DNA of 63,873 nt, counting the filler, from Lama guanicoe (lineage: Eukaryota): NCBI GenBank assembly GCA_013239625.1. It is 79 parts of 77 records of this genome, joined end to end, with 100 filler letters (N's around TTAATTAATTAA, not from the genome) between each part and the next. Parts side by side here need not be neighbours in the genome. Positions count along the whole stretch, not along the records: positions 1 to 848 come from PNXV01023743.1; positions 949 to 1,883 come from PNXV01023744.1; positions 1,984 to 2,574 come from MU056928.1; positions 2,675 to 3,164 come from MU056929.1; positions 3,265 to 4,008 come from PNXV01023753.1; positions 4,109 to 5,075 come from MU056931.1; positions 5,176 to 5,580 come from MU056932.1; positions 5,681 to 6,371 come from MU056936.1; 71 more parts are not named here. The stretch is one strand, 5' to 3'. The translations under genes and the position numbers were made by a program. Shown piece by piece: positions 1 through 12,147 of this stretch. Position 1 is the stretch's first letter. Each line of letters starts with the position of its first letter. The notes beneath the pieces were generated by a model. The model was not told where the DNA came from. It saw only the letters and a list, made by a program, of their open reading frames with translations, and did no database searches.

Positions 1-848
1 GTGAAGGACGGCTTTCACACACGCATAACTCTCAAAACTGAGCATGTGGGAGACGTTCGTTCATCAAGCACAAAAGGAACAGGTTTCAGGAGAAACACTT
101 ACTCTGGATTCTCAGTCTGTTTCCTAGTGCATATTTGAATTTCCTGCAGTTATCACCGTAAAACCGAGTTGGAGCTTGTTCCTCCCCATATATATGTATG
201 GAGTGCTGTCGGCACCTGAAGAGAAACTTTATGTTCCCAACAAGCTAATTGAAGGACGGCTTTCACACACGCTTATCCCTCAAATCTGATCATGTGGAGA
301 GACGTTCGTTCATCTCGCACAAAGGGATCATTTTGCAGAAGAAACACTTACTCTGGTTTCTCAGTCTGTTTCCTAGGGCCGGTATGAAGTTACTGCAGTT
401 TATCCTGCAGTTTTTACTTTAAAACCGTGTTTGAGCTTGTACCTCCCCATACATATGTATGGAGTGGAGTTTGCAACTTAAGAGAACCTTTGTGTTCACA
501 AAAAGCTCGGTGAAGGACGGCTTTCATACACGCATAACCCTCAAAACTGAACATGTGAGAGACGTTCGTTCATCTAGCACAAAAGGAACAGGTTGCAGGG
601 GAAACACTTACTCTGGTTTCTCAATCTGTTTCCTAGGGCCGGTTTGAAGTTCCTGCAGTTTTTACTTTAAAACCGTGTTTGAGCTTGTACCTCCCCATAT
701 ATATGTATGGAGTGGAGTTTGCAACTTAAGAGAACCTTTGTGTTCACAAAAAGCTCGGTGAAGGACGGCTTTCATACACGCATAACCCTCAAAACTGAAC
801 ATGTGAGAGACGTTCGTTCATCTAGCACAAAAGGAACAGGTTGCAGGG
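1..848 (+). repeat. Satellite A, ~248-bp monomers
   Basis: GAAGGACGGCTTTCA recurs at 3, 251, 512 and 760 (spacings 248, 261 with a 13-bp insertion, 248). Confidence 0.95.
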
Positions 849-948
849 NNNNNNNNNNNNNNNNNNNNNNNNNNNNNNNNNNNNNNNNNNNNTTAATTAA
901 TTAANNNNNNNNNNNNNNNNNNNNNNNNNNNNNNNNNNNNNNNNNNNN
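849..948. other. Artificial scaffold linker N44-TTAATTAATTAA-N44 (first of ~78 copies)
   Basis: Same 100-bp block recurs between unrelated sequences; the palindromic 12-mer gives TAA stops in all six frames. Confidence 0.98.
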
Positions 949-1392
949 CTTGTAAGACATTTTGTGTTATATATATTTTACCACAGTCAAAAAAAAAAAA
1001 CTTAGTTGTATTCCTGAATACAAACGGCAAAGAGAAAAATCACATAACAAAGATTGTACCATTTACAAAAGAAGAGAAAATATAAAAATCACCCAGGATT
1101 AATTTAAAAAAAGGCACAGTGGCAGGTGGCAGTGACCCCTGTGCTCAGTGGTCTTCAGACACTGCACAAGCTTCCTGCAGGCTGCTTCTCCTTAACATGC
1201 ACAGTTCATGTTTTCCCAAAAATCTAACTTGAATTCTAAGTCTCACATGCATCATTTTTGACAAGGGGGATAATAATGGACTTGAATGAAAAAGCTAATA
1301 GTCATTTCCGAGCAATGAGAATATGAGTGACTTTTACCTTCTCTTTTGTGTTTTTCTGTTCTTCCCAAATTGACTAACATCAGAATGCATTA

Positions 1393-1555
1393 CGTTTTTT
1401 TTTTTAAACTGAAGTATAGCCAGCTTACAATATTGTGTCAATTTCTGGTGTACAGCATAATGTTTCAGTCAGATACATCCATCCATATACTCCTTTTCAT
1501 ATTCTTTTTCATTATAGATTACTACACGATATTGAATATAGTTCCCTGTGTACAT
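1393..1555 (-). mobile_element. LINE-1 3' end fragment
   Basis: Poly-T followed by GAAGTATAG...TTACAATATTGTG...TACAGCATA, typical antisense L1 3' UTR. Confidence 0.75.
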
Positions 1556-1610
1556 TCTTCATAATCAGAGAAAATGACACTGGTGATTAAAAATACATTT
1601 AGAATTTACT

Positions 1611-1784
1611 CTTTTCTCTTTATTCCCATTTGATCCCTATTCAGGTCTGTGTGAGGCCCTGGAGGAGCTTCCAGTTTCCTGGTCCTCTGACCTTTCATCT
1701 TTTCTCTTTATTCCCATTTGATCCCTATTCAGGTCTGTGTGAGGCCCTGGAGGAGCTTCCAGTTTCCTGGTCCTCTGACCTTTC
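1611..1784. repeat. 88-bp tandem duplication (2 copies)
   Basis: 1611-1696 repeats at 1699-1784. Confidence 0.9.
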
Positions 1785-1983
1785 TATGCTACAGTTCCTC
1801 CAGCATCGCATGTCTCCACCCACACCTCCTCCTCCTGCCCTTCCACCCCTCCTGAGGTCCCCTCCCCCTCGTCCTTCCCTCTANNNNNNNNNNNNNNNNN
1901 NNNNNNNNNNNNNNNNNNNNNNNNNNNTTAATTAATTAANNNNNNNNNNNNNNNNNNNNNNNNNNNNNNNNNNNNNNNNNNNN

Positions 1984-2574
1984 TCAAAGGTGCGGGCCGG
2001 GCTGGGGCGCCCCCGGGTGGGTCCCAGCGGCCGCCGACTCGCTCCCGCCACACCCCCTGCGCCGGCTCCCCGGGGCCCCCTTCCCGGTCGCGGGGCGGGA
2101 GGAGGGCGCCCTGGCTCGCCGGCGCCCGCAACAATGGGAGCGCTTTGTCTGCTCGGGCCTCAAGATGGCCGAGCTGGGTGGAGACAGCGTCTCCGGGTGA
2201 GCGCGGGCGGAGGCCGCATCCCGGCCTCCAATGTCACATGAGCTGTTCGGTTTCNNNNNNNNNNNNNNNNNNNNNNNNNNNCAGGGGGAGGGCGGGTCGG
2301 AGCCGAGGGGACTGCTGGCCGGCGGCATCCCGGGCCCTGCCTGGTGCGGACCCGGATGCCGAGGCCCCAGAAGTGACAGCGCCAGCCCTGGCTGCGAGCG
2401 GGGCATCGGTGCTCCGGGGGGTTAGCGCACACGGACGGTCTGCTTGCGGTCCGCCTCTCCGTCCCCACCGCTTCCATGCCGGGAGGTGTATCTGCCCGTC
2501 CACCCGCGAGGAAACGGGCTCGGGAGAAGTGACTGGCCCAAGGTCACACCAGCAAATCCTACTCCCTAGACTAG
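1984..2574. promoter_or_regulatory. CpG island fragment, possible promoter
   Basis: Very GC/CpG-rich; GC boxes; YY1-like CAAGATGGCCG at 2161. Confidence 0.7.
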
Positions 2575-3264
2575 NNNNNNNNNNNNNNNNNNNNNNNNNN
2601 NNNNNNNNNNNNNNNNNNTTAATTAATTAANNNNNNNNNNNNNNNNNNNNNNNNNNNNNNNNNNNNNNNNNNNNTCTCCAAATTTCAAGAAATTGTATTG
2701 AGTTCTGCAATTAACAGTGCATGTACCATATAGTTTTATTTGATCAGAATTTTCATGTAATTGAATTATCAAAATCTATGCCAAACTATGCAATTTGAGA
2801 AATGGGGTCACTCTTCCCTATGGCTCCTCAAATTTCTACATGATGCTTCAGGACATGATTCTTCTTGAAATGTCATCTACTTTTCCTCACATGCTGTCTT
2901 ACAAACTTCTCTTGCATGTATTCTTTTAAGAAAAAACACTTAAACTTTACACATTGGAAATATTGCTCCTAACTCTGTGCACTGTTTGCAGCTACAGTTT
3001 TGGAGAGGTTATTGTGCATTCTCACTGTGCTGCTGTGGGCGGGGTTTCCTGTTAAGCACATGTCAGAGCTCAGATGAGACTGGTTCTCAGTGATTCTGGT
3101 GGAACACAGTGTAAGAAAATTTCTAGGGACCCAAAACTCTACCCCCTCCAGAGTAGGGGCAAAGNNNNNNNNNNNNNNNNNNNNNNNNNNNNNNNNNNNN
3201 NNNNNNNNTTAATTAATTAANNNNNNNNNNNNNNNNNNNNNNNNNNNNNNNNNNNNNNNNNNNN

Positions 3265-4008
3265 ATGTTTCCGGAATCCTGAGCGTGGGGAGGTTCCACC
3301 AAAAGTCGGCAGCTTGTGGGTTCTAACGGAAAGCCTAATCTCGTCTCCCCTGGGTATTTTCCTTATGTCTCTGTGCCAGGGAATGCTAGGGGTGTTTGCA
3401 GGCAATCCCAGTGACAGAGGCTGCCTCCCCAAGTTCAGGGAAGTTATTTCTCGGACTTCCCCGTTCAGGAAACACCTGTGACTGAAGAGAGCTGCGTGGA
3501 TCTCGAGCTCCCCCACGCACTGACAATGGTTCCGGAATCCTGAGCGTGGGGAGGTTCCACCAACGGTCGGCAGCGCGTGGGTTCTAACGGAATGCCTAAG
3601 CTAGACTCCCCTGGGTTGTTTCCTAATATCGCTGTGCCAGGGAATGCTAGGGGGGTTTGCAGGGAATCCCAGAGACAGTGGTTTCCTCCCCAAAGTCAGG
3701 GAAGGAATTTCGCAGAATTCCCGCTAACAGGGAACACCTGTGACTGAAGAGAGCTGCGTGGAGTTGTCTCTCGAGCTAACCATGCCCTGACAATGGTTCC
3801 GGAATCCTGAGCGTGGGGAGGTTCCACGAACGTTCGGCAGCACGTGGGTTCTAACGGAATGTCAAAGCTCGACTCCCCAGGGTTATTTCCTAATGTCACT
3901 CTTCCAGGGAATCCTAGGGGGTTTGCAGGCAATCCCAGGGAAAGAGGCTTCCTCCCCATGGTCAGGGAAGTTATTTCCCGGACTTCCCCGTTCAGGGAAC
4001 ACCTGTGA
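3265..4008 (-). repeat. Satellite B, ~267-bp monomers
   Basis: GAGCGTGGGGAGGTTCCAC at 3281, 3542 and 3809. Confidence 0.95.
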
Positions 4009-5175
4009 NNNNNNNNNNNNNNNNNNNNNNNNNNNNNNNNNNNNNNNNNNNNTTAATTAATTAANNNNNNNNNNNNNNNNNNNNNNNNNNNNNNNNNNNN
4101 NNNNNNNNCCATGGTGACTCTCTAATCCGGCATGTGGCCCGGACCCTCCCATGACCCACACCCATCACCCGGCCCTGGCGTCCCCCTACGAGGCCCATGG
4201 GCCCCTCAGCACATCCCAGTCGGAGCTTGTCACCTTCCCTGGTGGTGTCATTTCAGCCACCCAAGTGGGACATCTGGGCATTGTGGTCGACCTTTCTGTC
4301 CCTCCCCCCTCTCCCCCCAAGTCCTCCTCCTCAGCAGCCCCTTGGACCCATCCCTGCTCAGGCCTCTCTGTCTTCCCGGACCCCTGCCTCTGCTTCCTGC
4401 TGGGTCTGCAGCTTCTGTCCTCTTTCCCACGTCAGCAGCACGGCCAGGGCCTGGGTCCGCTCAGACGGTGCTGGTGATGGGGCCACAGGCAGGAGGAGGG
4501 CAGGGGTCCTGCTGCCGCTGGTTGGAAGGTCTCATTTTTCCAAATCTTGCTTTTAAAAACTGTTTTCCACCTTCTGATCCTCTTAAGGTTGCCACCAAGA
4601 AGTCCAATACTTGAAAATGTTTTGTGCCCCTAAAAGGGCAAGAGACATTTTAATGGGGCTTGACAAATGTTTGTTGAATGGGACTAGGAGACGGGGAGGG
4701 AGGGAAGGAAACCCCAGGGTGACCAGCGGGGTGAGGAAGAGCCCTGTAGCCCAGTGTCTCGGGAGAGCTGGCAGCGAGGCCAGGCGGGTGGGCACAGGGC
4801 ACAGCCATCGTGGGGGTGGCGGGAGCCAGTCCTATGACACTTGGTCCCTTTGCCGGGCACGAGGACCAGCCCCTCTGCCCCAGGACGCTCGGCTGCCCGT
4901 CTTAAAGGCACCTACAGGAACCAGGCCCCTGGGGTTTTGAGTTTGGGGCTTCAGATGCCCCGAGAGGGTTTCCAGAAATCAGGATTAAAACATGGTCCAA
5001 AAGAGCGAGTCAGCCTCGGGGTCGGGGAGCAGAGCCTGTCTGAGAAACTTCCTGAGGCAGCGTGACACGGGCTGTNNNNNNNNNNNNNNNNNNNNNNNNN
5101 NNNNNNNNNNNNNNNNNNNTTAATTAATTAANNNNNNNNNNNNNNNNNNNNNNNNNNNNNNNNNNNNNNNNNNNN

Positions 5176-5580
5176 AAACATATAGCCAGCAAAATACTCA
5201 ATGGTGAAAAACTGAAACACTTCTCACAAAAACCTGAGACAAGACAAGGTTGCCCATTCTCACAATTTCAATTCAATATAGTCTTGAAATTCCTAGTCAC
5301 AGCAATCAGGCTAGGAACAGAAATAAAAGGATACAGACTGTAAAAGAAGAGGTAAAATTGTCATGATAGGCAGACATGACACCATATGGAGAAAGCTGTA
5401 AAAGCTTCACAAAAAAATCTTAGGCTAAAAATGTAACTGGGCAAGGTACCCAGAGTAATGTACAAAAAACCAATTGCATTTGTTTACACTACCTTTGAAT
5501 CAACAGGAAAACAAAGTATAGAGACAACCATTTTTATAACTGCACCCAAAACTATAAAATGCTTAAGAATAAATCTGACC
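5176..5580 (+). mobile_element. Degenerate LINE-1 ORF2 RT-domain fragment
   Basis: Remnants ILNGEKLK, TRQGCPFS, KEEVKLS; disrupted by stops and frameshifts. Confidence 0.9.
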
Positions 5581-5680
5581 NNNNNNNNNNNNNNNNNNNN
5601 NNNNNNNNNNNNNNNNNNNNNNNNTTAATTAATTAANNNNNNNNNNNNNNNNNNNNNNNNNNNNNNNNNNNNNNNNNNNN

Positions 5681-6371
5681 TGAACCCACGCGCTGCCGAC
5701 CGTTGGTGGAACTTCTCCAAACTCAGGATTCCGGAACCATTCTCTGGGCGTGGGGGAGCTCGAGAGAATACTCCACCCAGCTAACACCTCTCACAGCTGT
5801 TCCCTCTTACGGGAAACTCTGATAAATATATTCCCATGACTTTGGGGAGGCTGCCACGGCCAATGGGCTTTCCAGCAAATCCCCCTAACTTTCCCTAGTG
5901 GCCAGAGTTTGGAAAACACTCAGGGCAAACGAGCTAATGGATTCAGGTTGAACCCACGCGCTGCCTACCGTCGGTGGAACTTCCCTAAACTCAGGATTCT
6001 GGAATCATTCTCTGTGCGTGGGGGAGAGAGAGAGAAAACTCCTCGCAGCTTTCTTCAGTCACAGGTGTTCCCTGTTAGGGGGAATTCAGATAAATAACTA
6101 CCCTAATCTTGATGAGTCAGCCGATGCCACTGAGAATTCCAGCAAAATCCCCTAGCATTCCCTGGCAGCCAGACACAGGAAAACACTCAGGAGAGACTAG
6201 CTAAAGTATTCCATTACAACCCTCGTGCTACCGAACTTTGGTGATTCTGTGTGCGGAGCTAGAGAGACAACTCTACGCAGCTATCTTCATTCACAGGTGT
6301 TCCCTCTTAGGGGAAATCTGATAAATTCCTTCCCTGACCTTGGGGAGACAGCCGCTTCCACTGGACTGGGG
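5681..6371 (+). repeat. Satellite B, diverged monomers
   Basis: AACCCACGCGCTGCC and CTCAGGATTC motifs at ~267-bp spacing. Confidence 0.9.
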
Positions 6372-6471
6372 NNNNNNNNNNNNNNNNNNNNNNNNNNNNN
6401 NNNNNNNNNNNNNNNTTAATTAATTAANNNNNNNNNNNNNNNNNNNNNNNNNNNNNNNNNNNNNNNNNNNN

Positions 6472-7220
6472 GGGTGATTGCAGGATATCCCAGTGCCCGA
6501 GGCTGCCTCCCCAAGGTCAGTTAAGGTTTTTCTCAGACTTCCCCGAACAGGGAACACCTGTGATTGAAGAGAGCTGCGTGGAGTTGTCTCTCGAGCTCCC
6601 CCACGCACTGACAATGTTTCCGGAATCCTGAGCGTGGGGAGGTTCCACCAACGGTCGGCAGCGCGTGGGTTATAACGGAATGCCTAAGCTCATCTCCCCT
6701 GAGTGTTTTCCTAATGTCTCTGTGCCAGGGTATGCTAGGGGTGATTGCAGGATATCCCAGTGCCCGAGGCTGCCTCCCCAAGGTCAGGGAAGATATTTCC
6801 CGGACTTCCCCGAACAGGGAGCTCCTGTGAATGAAGAGAGCCGCATGGAGTTGTCTCTCGAGCTCCCCCACGCACTGACAATGTTTCCGGAATCCTGAGC
6901 GTGGGGAGGTTCCACCAACGGTCGGCAGCGCGTGGGTTATAACGGAATGCCTAAGCTCGTCTCCCCTGAGGGTTTTCCTAATGTCTCTGTGCCAGGGAAT
7001 GCTAGGGGTGTTTGCAGGAAGTCCCAGGGACAGAGGCTGCCTCCCNNNNNNNNNNNNNNNNNNNNNNNNNNNNNNNNNNNNNNNNNNNNNNNNNNNNNNN
7101 NNNNNNNNNNNNNNNNNNNNNNNNNNNNNNNNNNNNNNGGTTCCGGAAAGCGTGGGGTGATTCCACCAACTGTCGGCAGCGTGTGGGTTCTAACGGAAGG
7201 CCTAAGCTCGTCTCCCCTGA
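6472..7220 (-). repeat. Satellite B
   Basis: GTGGGTTATAACGG at 6665 and 6932 (267 bp). Confidence 0.95.
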
Positions 7221-7320
7221 NNNNNNNNNNNNNNNNNNNNNNNNNNNNNNNNNNNNNNNNNNNNTTAATTAATTAANNNNNNNNNNNNNNNNNNNNNNNN
7301 NNNNNNNNNNNNNNNNNNNN

Positions 7321-8120
7321 CTAAATTTTGTGTTCTGTATTCTGTTTTCCATATTCTATATTTTCTGTTTGTATATTCTATATTCTTTATTCTTTATTCT
7401 ACATTCCGTATCCTATATTCTATATTCTGAGTTCTATATTCTATATTCTAATTTCGATACTCAGTATTCTGTATCCTATATTATAAATTCTGTGTTGTAA
7501 ATTCCATGTTCTAAATTCTGAGTTCTATAAGCTCTATTCTATTTTCTATATTCTGTGTTCAACATTCGATATTCTAAATAATATATTTAGCACTGTGTGT
7601 TCTATATTCTAAATTCTGTGTTCTACTTTCTATATTCTAAATTCTATTTTCAGTTCTATATATTCTATATGATAAATTCAGTGTTCTGCATTCCATGTAC
7701 TAAATTCTGGGTTCTGTATTCTGTTTTCCTTATTCTATATTCTGTGTTCTATATTCTATATTCTGTATTCTATATTCTGCATTCCGTATTCTACATTCCA
7801 TATTCTGTGTTCTAAATTGTATATTCAAAATTTTATATTCAGTATTCTGTATTCTATATTCTAAACTTTGTGTTGTGCATTCCATGTTCAAAATTCTCGT
7901 TTCTGTATTTTGTTTTCCATATTCTACATTCTGTGTTATACATTCTATATTCTGTATCCTATATTTTGCATTCCTTATTCTACATTCCATATTNNNNNNN
8001 NNNNNNNNNNATACATTCTATGTATCCTATATTTTGCATTCCTTATTCTACATTCCATATTCTGTGTCCTGCATTCTATAATCTAAATTCTATTTTCAGT
8101 ATTCTGTATTCTATATTTTA
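7321..8120 (-). repeat. Satellite C (heptamer-based, TATTCTA-like)
   Basis: Continuous variant 7-mers such as ATTCTAT, ATTCTGT, GTTCTAA. Confidence 0.95.
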
Positions 8121-8220
8121 NNNNNNNNNNNNNNNNNNNNNNNNNNNNNNNNNNNNNNNNNNNNTTAATTAATTAANNNNNNNNNNNNNNNNNNNNNNNN
8201 NNNNNNNNNNNNNNNNNNNN

Positions 8221-9159
8221 TGAATTCCGTATTGCATATTCTTTATACTGTGTTCTACAATCTATATTTATATTCTATATTCAGTATTCTGTATTCTATA
8301 TTCGAAATTCTGTGTTCTGCATTCCATGTTCTAAATTCTGGGTTCTACATACTCTATTCTGTATTCTATATTCGAAATTCTGTGTTCTGCATTATATGTT
8401 CTAAATTCTATATTCAGTATTCTGTATTCTATATTCAAAATTTTGTTTTCTACATTCTATATTCTTAATTCTATATTCAGTATTTTGTATTCTATATTCG
8501 AAATTTTGTGTTCTGCATTCCTTGTTCTAAATTCGGTGTTCTATATTCTCTATTCTATATTCTAACTTTTGTGGTTTTTATTCTATATTCTACAATCTAT
8601 ATTCTGTATTAGTTATTCTATAATCTATGTTCTGTGTTCTACATACTATATTCTAAATTCTAATTTCAGTATTCTGTATTCTATATTCAAAATTCTGTCT
8701 TCTGCATTCCATGTTCTAAATTCTGGGTTCTGTATTCTGTTTTCCATATTCTATATTCTGTGTTCTATATTCTATATTCTGTAATCTATATTCTACATTC
8801 CGCATTCTATATTCTATATTCTGTGTTCTACATTCTATATTCTAAATTCTATATTCAGTATTCTGTATTCTATATTCTTAATTCTGTGTTCTGCATTCCA
8901 TGTTCTAAATTCAGAAATTCTGGCTTCTATATTCTCTATTCAGAATTGTATATTTTGTGTTTTCATTATATATTCTACAATCTATATTCAGCATTTCCTA
9001 CTCTATATTGTTTATACTGTGTTCTACATTCTATATTCTAAATTCTATATTCAGTATTCTGTATTCTGCATTCTTAATTCTGTGTTCTGCATTCCTTGTT
9101 CAAAATTCTGGGTTCACTATTCTTTATTCTATATTCTAAATTCTGTGTTCTGCTTTCCA
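8221..9159 (-). repeat. Satellite C
   Basis: Same heptamer vocabulary. Confidence 0.95.
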
Positions 9160-9259
9160 NNNNNNNNNNNNNNNNNNNNNNNNNNNNNNNNNNNNNNNNN
9201 NNNTTAATTAATTAANNNNNNNNNNNNNNNNNNNNNNNNNNNNNNNNNNNNNNNNNNNN

Positions 9260-9385
9260 ATCAGCCCATTTAACACATGAAGAAACTGAGGCTATGGGTG
9301 GTCATGTTGTCGGTACTTGGTGGAGCCAGGATCCAAACCCGGATCTTTGTCTATAGAGCCTGTGCCTTTACCAGATCACACTACA
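9260..9385 (+). mobile_element. MIR SINE fragment
   Basis: CCCATTT...ATGAAGAAACTGAGGCT...GGAGCCAGGATCCAAACCC core. Confidence 0.75.
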
Positions 9386-10499
9386 TTTCTCACTCTTCAA
9401 ATTCACTCAGTCCCCGAGGTAACACACCTTCCTTGAATTTCTAGGAGTTTTAGGAAGTACTGAATTACAAGGACTAAGCAGACATTTGTGTGGGCTAATT
9501 TTATATTTTCTGGTTTTACTGAATAAGTTCAGGCTGAATTCATTCTACTTACGAGAAGTCCTGAGGCAGAGGAGAGAGGGGAATATAAGCCAGACATAAA
9601 CAATTTCAAGAGATTCACTTCATCAAGGAAGCAAAGTATTAAGTAAACCACTTCAGCAACATGCTTGTCAATAAACCTTGGTGTCTCTGTCTCAGCCTGA
9701 AGGAGGGTAAGCTCTCCAGCCCATCTGCCTTCTTGCCAAATACCCTGGATGATCTTGGTTCCCTCACCAGTGACACGCGTGTTCTCCTGGGACTCTTTGT
9801 AGAGATTAAATGATAAAACTATATACAAAGGGGCTACTTAATAGGCACTAAACAATTAATACAATTATTTTGTTTCATGAAAATGGGAGGCAAGTCTCCC
9901 AATTANNNNNNNNNNNNNNNNNNNNNNNNNNNNNNNNNNNNNNNNNNNNTTAATTAATTAANNNNNNNNNNNNNNNNNNNNNNNNNNNNNNNNNNNNNNN
10001 NNNNNTTCAATTAAAAATAAAACATCTCATGTATAATTTAGTCCTTTTTCCACTATTAGCATCTTCCTTTAATATTGTTTTATTTTTACTCTTTACCTTT
10101 TATGATTACTGACTCAAATTTTTTCTATTTTTTTGTGAACATGTTACCAGATTGATGTACCTATATTTATTGCAACTGAATTACTATTTTTCTCTCTTTA
10201 ATTCATATAGAATAGTAGCATTTAAAAACATACCCAAAGAAACAGTTGCAACTTTCTCGTGGTCTCTGCTTAGAATTTTGTTCAAAGTNNNNNNNNNNNN
10301 NNNNNNNNNNNNNNNNNNNNNNNNNNNNNNNNNNNNNNNNNNNNNNNNNNNNNNNNNNNNNNNNNNNNNNNNNNNNNNNNNNNNNNNNNNNNNNNNNNNN
10401 NNNNNNNNNNNNNNNNNNNNNNNNNNNNNNNNNNNNNNNNNNNNNNNNNNNNNNNNNNNNNNNNNNNNNNNNNNNNNNNNNNNNNNNNNNNNNNNNNNN

Positions 10500-10721
10500 T
10501 CATTTTAATTACCCTTGGCATATGTTTTTTGCTCAGTATTCTGCCGATAGACTAATGGTGGTTCCTATGTAGATTAACATAACTTTTATTGACCGCCTTT
10601 AAAACTTTACTCTGGCATTGACTTGTCAATTTGCATATGACGTATCTTGAAGAAGGTCTCATTGTCTTAAAATTATTGGTGTTTTGTTGGCTCACGGAAT
10701 TGTATGTCAGTTCCTTACCCA
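10500..10721 (-). mobile_element. Highly degenerate LINE-1 ORF1 fragment
   Basis: Resembles recalled antisense L1 ORF1 (TCTGCCGATAGACTAATGG...TTCCTATGTA). Confidence 0.55.
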
Positions 10722-11493
10722 NNNNNNNNNNNNNNNNNNNNNNNNNNNNNNNNNNNNNNNNNNNNTTAATTAATTAANNNNNNNNNNNNNNNNNNNNNNN
10801 NNNNNNNNNNNNNNNNNNNNNGTCAGATCAAAGATGTGAACCTTGGAAAGAAGTAAGGACACTTTAGCAACTGAAAAGAAGGAATGAGTAAGAGAATGTT
10901 TGAGGATAAAAGGAAACTTTTTTAACTAGAAGCAGGGTCCAGAAAGTTTATTTTTGATCACACTAGCCTTTGCAGAACATCACAAGGTCAACAGCTGAGA
11001 GATGAAGGCAACTGAAGGGAGTGAAAAGTTCTAAACAGCAGCTCTGGGGTATTTGCGATGACCACCAGGAGAGGTACCTAATTGTGGTGAAATAACCATC
11101 ATATCACTTATTTGAACTGCAACTGGATTGATATTCAGTATTTTTAGAATTGAACATACCATTTGTGCACTCATACATGAAAAAAATTGTTACCTTTAAA
11201 TGCCTAACATGTAAGCAAAAGTAATGTGAAAATGGGCTCAGGTTCATTCTGAGTCATTCTTAGCAGGTTTTTTAAGTTAACTTAGTCAAATATCACAACA
11301 AAACAAATCATATCTGGTTAATATGCATCTCATGTATCTCAATAAATGAACACATATAGGTACTTATTTGTAAGTTAAATAGGATGACTGCTTNNNNNNN
11401 NNNNNNNNNNNNNNNNNNNNNNNNNNNNNNNNNNNNNTTAATTAATTAANNNNNNNNNNNNNNNNNNNNNNNNNNNNNNNNNNNNNNNNNNNN

Positions 11494-12047
11494 GGGATTT
11501 CTGGGATATATAGTATGTCTATTCCTAGGGTTTTGAGGAATCTCCATCTTGTTTTCCACACTGGTTGCACCAAACTGCATTGCAACCAGCAGTGAAGGAC
11601 ATTTCCCTTAATTCTACAGCCTCTCCAGCATTTGTCATTTGTGGATTTTTGAATGATGGCCATTCTGAGTGGTGTGAGGTGATACCTCATTGCAGTTTTG
11701 ATTTGCATTTCTCTGATAATCAGTGATATTGAGCATTTTCTGATGTGCCTTTTGATCATCTGTATGTCTTCCTTGGAGAATTGCTTGTTTAGGTCTTTTG
11801 CCCAATTTTGTATTGGGTTGTTTATTTTTTCTAATTCAGTTGGATGAGCTGATTATATACTATGGTGATCAAGCCTTTGACGGTTTCATATGTAAATTTT
11901 TTCCCATTCTGACCTTTTTGTTTTATTTCTGATTTCTTTACCTTGCAGAAGATTGTAAGTTTCATTAGGTCTTATTTGTTTATTCTTGATTTTATTTATT
12001 CTATGAGAAAATTTTCGAGAAATATGTCAGATACTGTTTTGCCTATA
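11494..12047 (-). mobile_element. LINE-1 ORF2 C-terminal fragment
   Basis: [23 protein letters not shown]...KCWRGC...HCW...LVQP motif. Confidence 0.95.
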
Positions 12048-12147
12048 NNNNNNNNNNNNNNNNNNNNNNNNNNNNNNNNNNNNNNNNNNNNTTAATTAAT
12101 TAANNNNNNNNNNNNNNNNNNNNNNNNNNNNNNNNNNNNNNNNNNNN

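Noticed and set aside
1..848. CENP-B box in satellites A or B
   Set aside because: TTCG and CCCG half-sites occur, but I found no match to NTTCGNNNNANNCGGGN by eye; a motif scan is needed to be sure
3217..3959. Recurrent ORF family (MGELERQLHAALFSHRC..., SIPWHRDIRK) as a multi-copy protein
   Set aside because: Translations of satellite B; 267 is divisible by 3 so frames recur, but they are broken freely by stops and indels
4132..5065. Overlapping ORFs in a GC-rich scaffold
   Set aside because: Stop-poor composition; no domain or clear splice evidence
7597..9207. Hydrophobic FYILYS-repeat ORFs as membrane proteins
   Set aside because: Translation of the heptamer satellite in several overlapping frames
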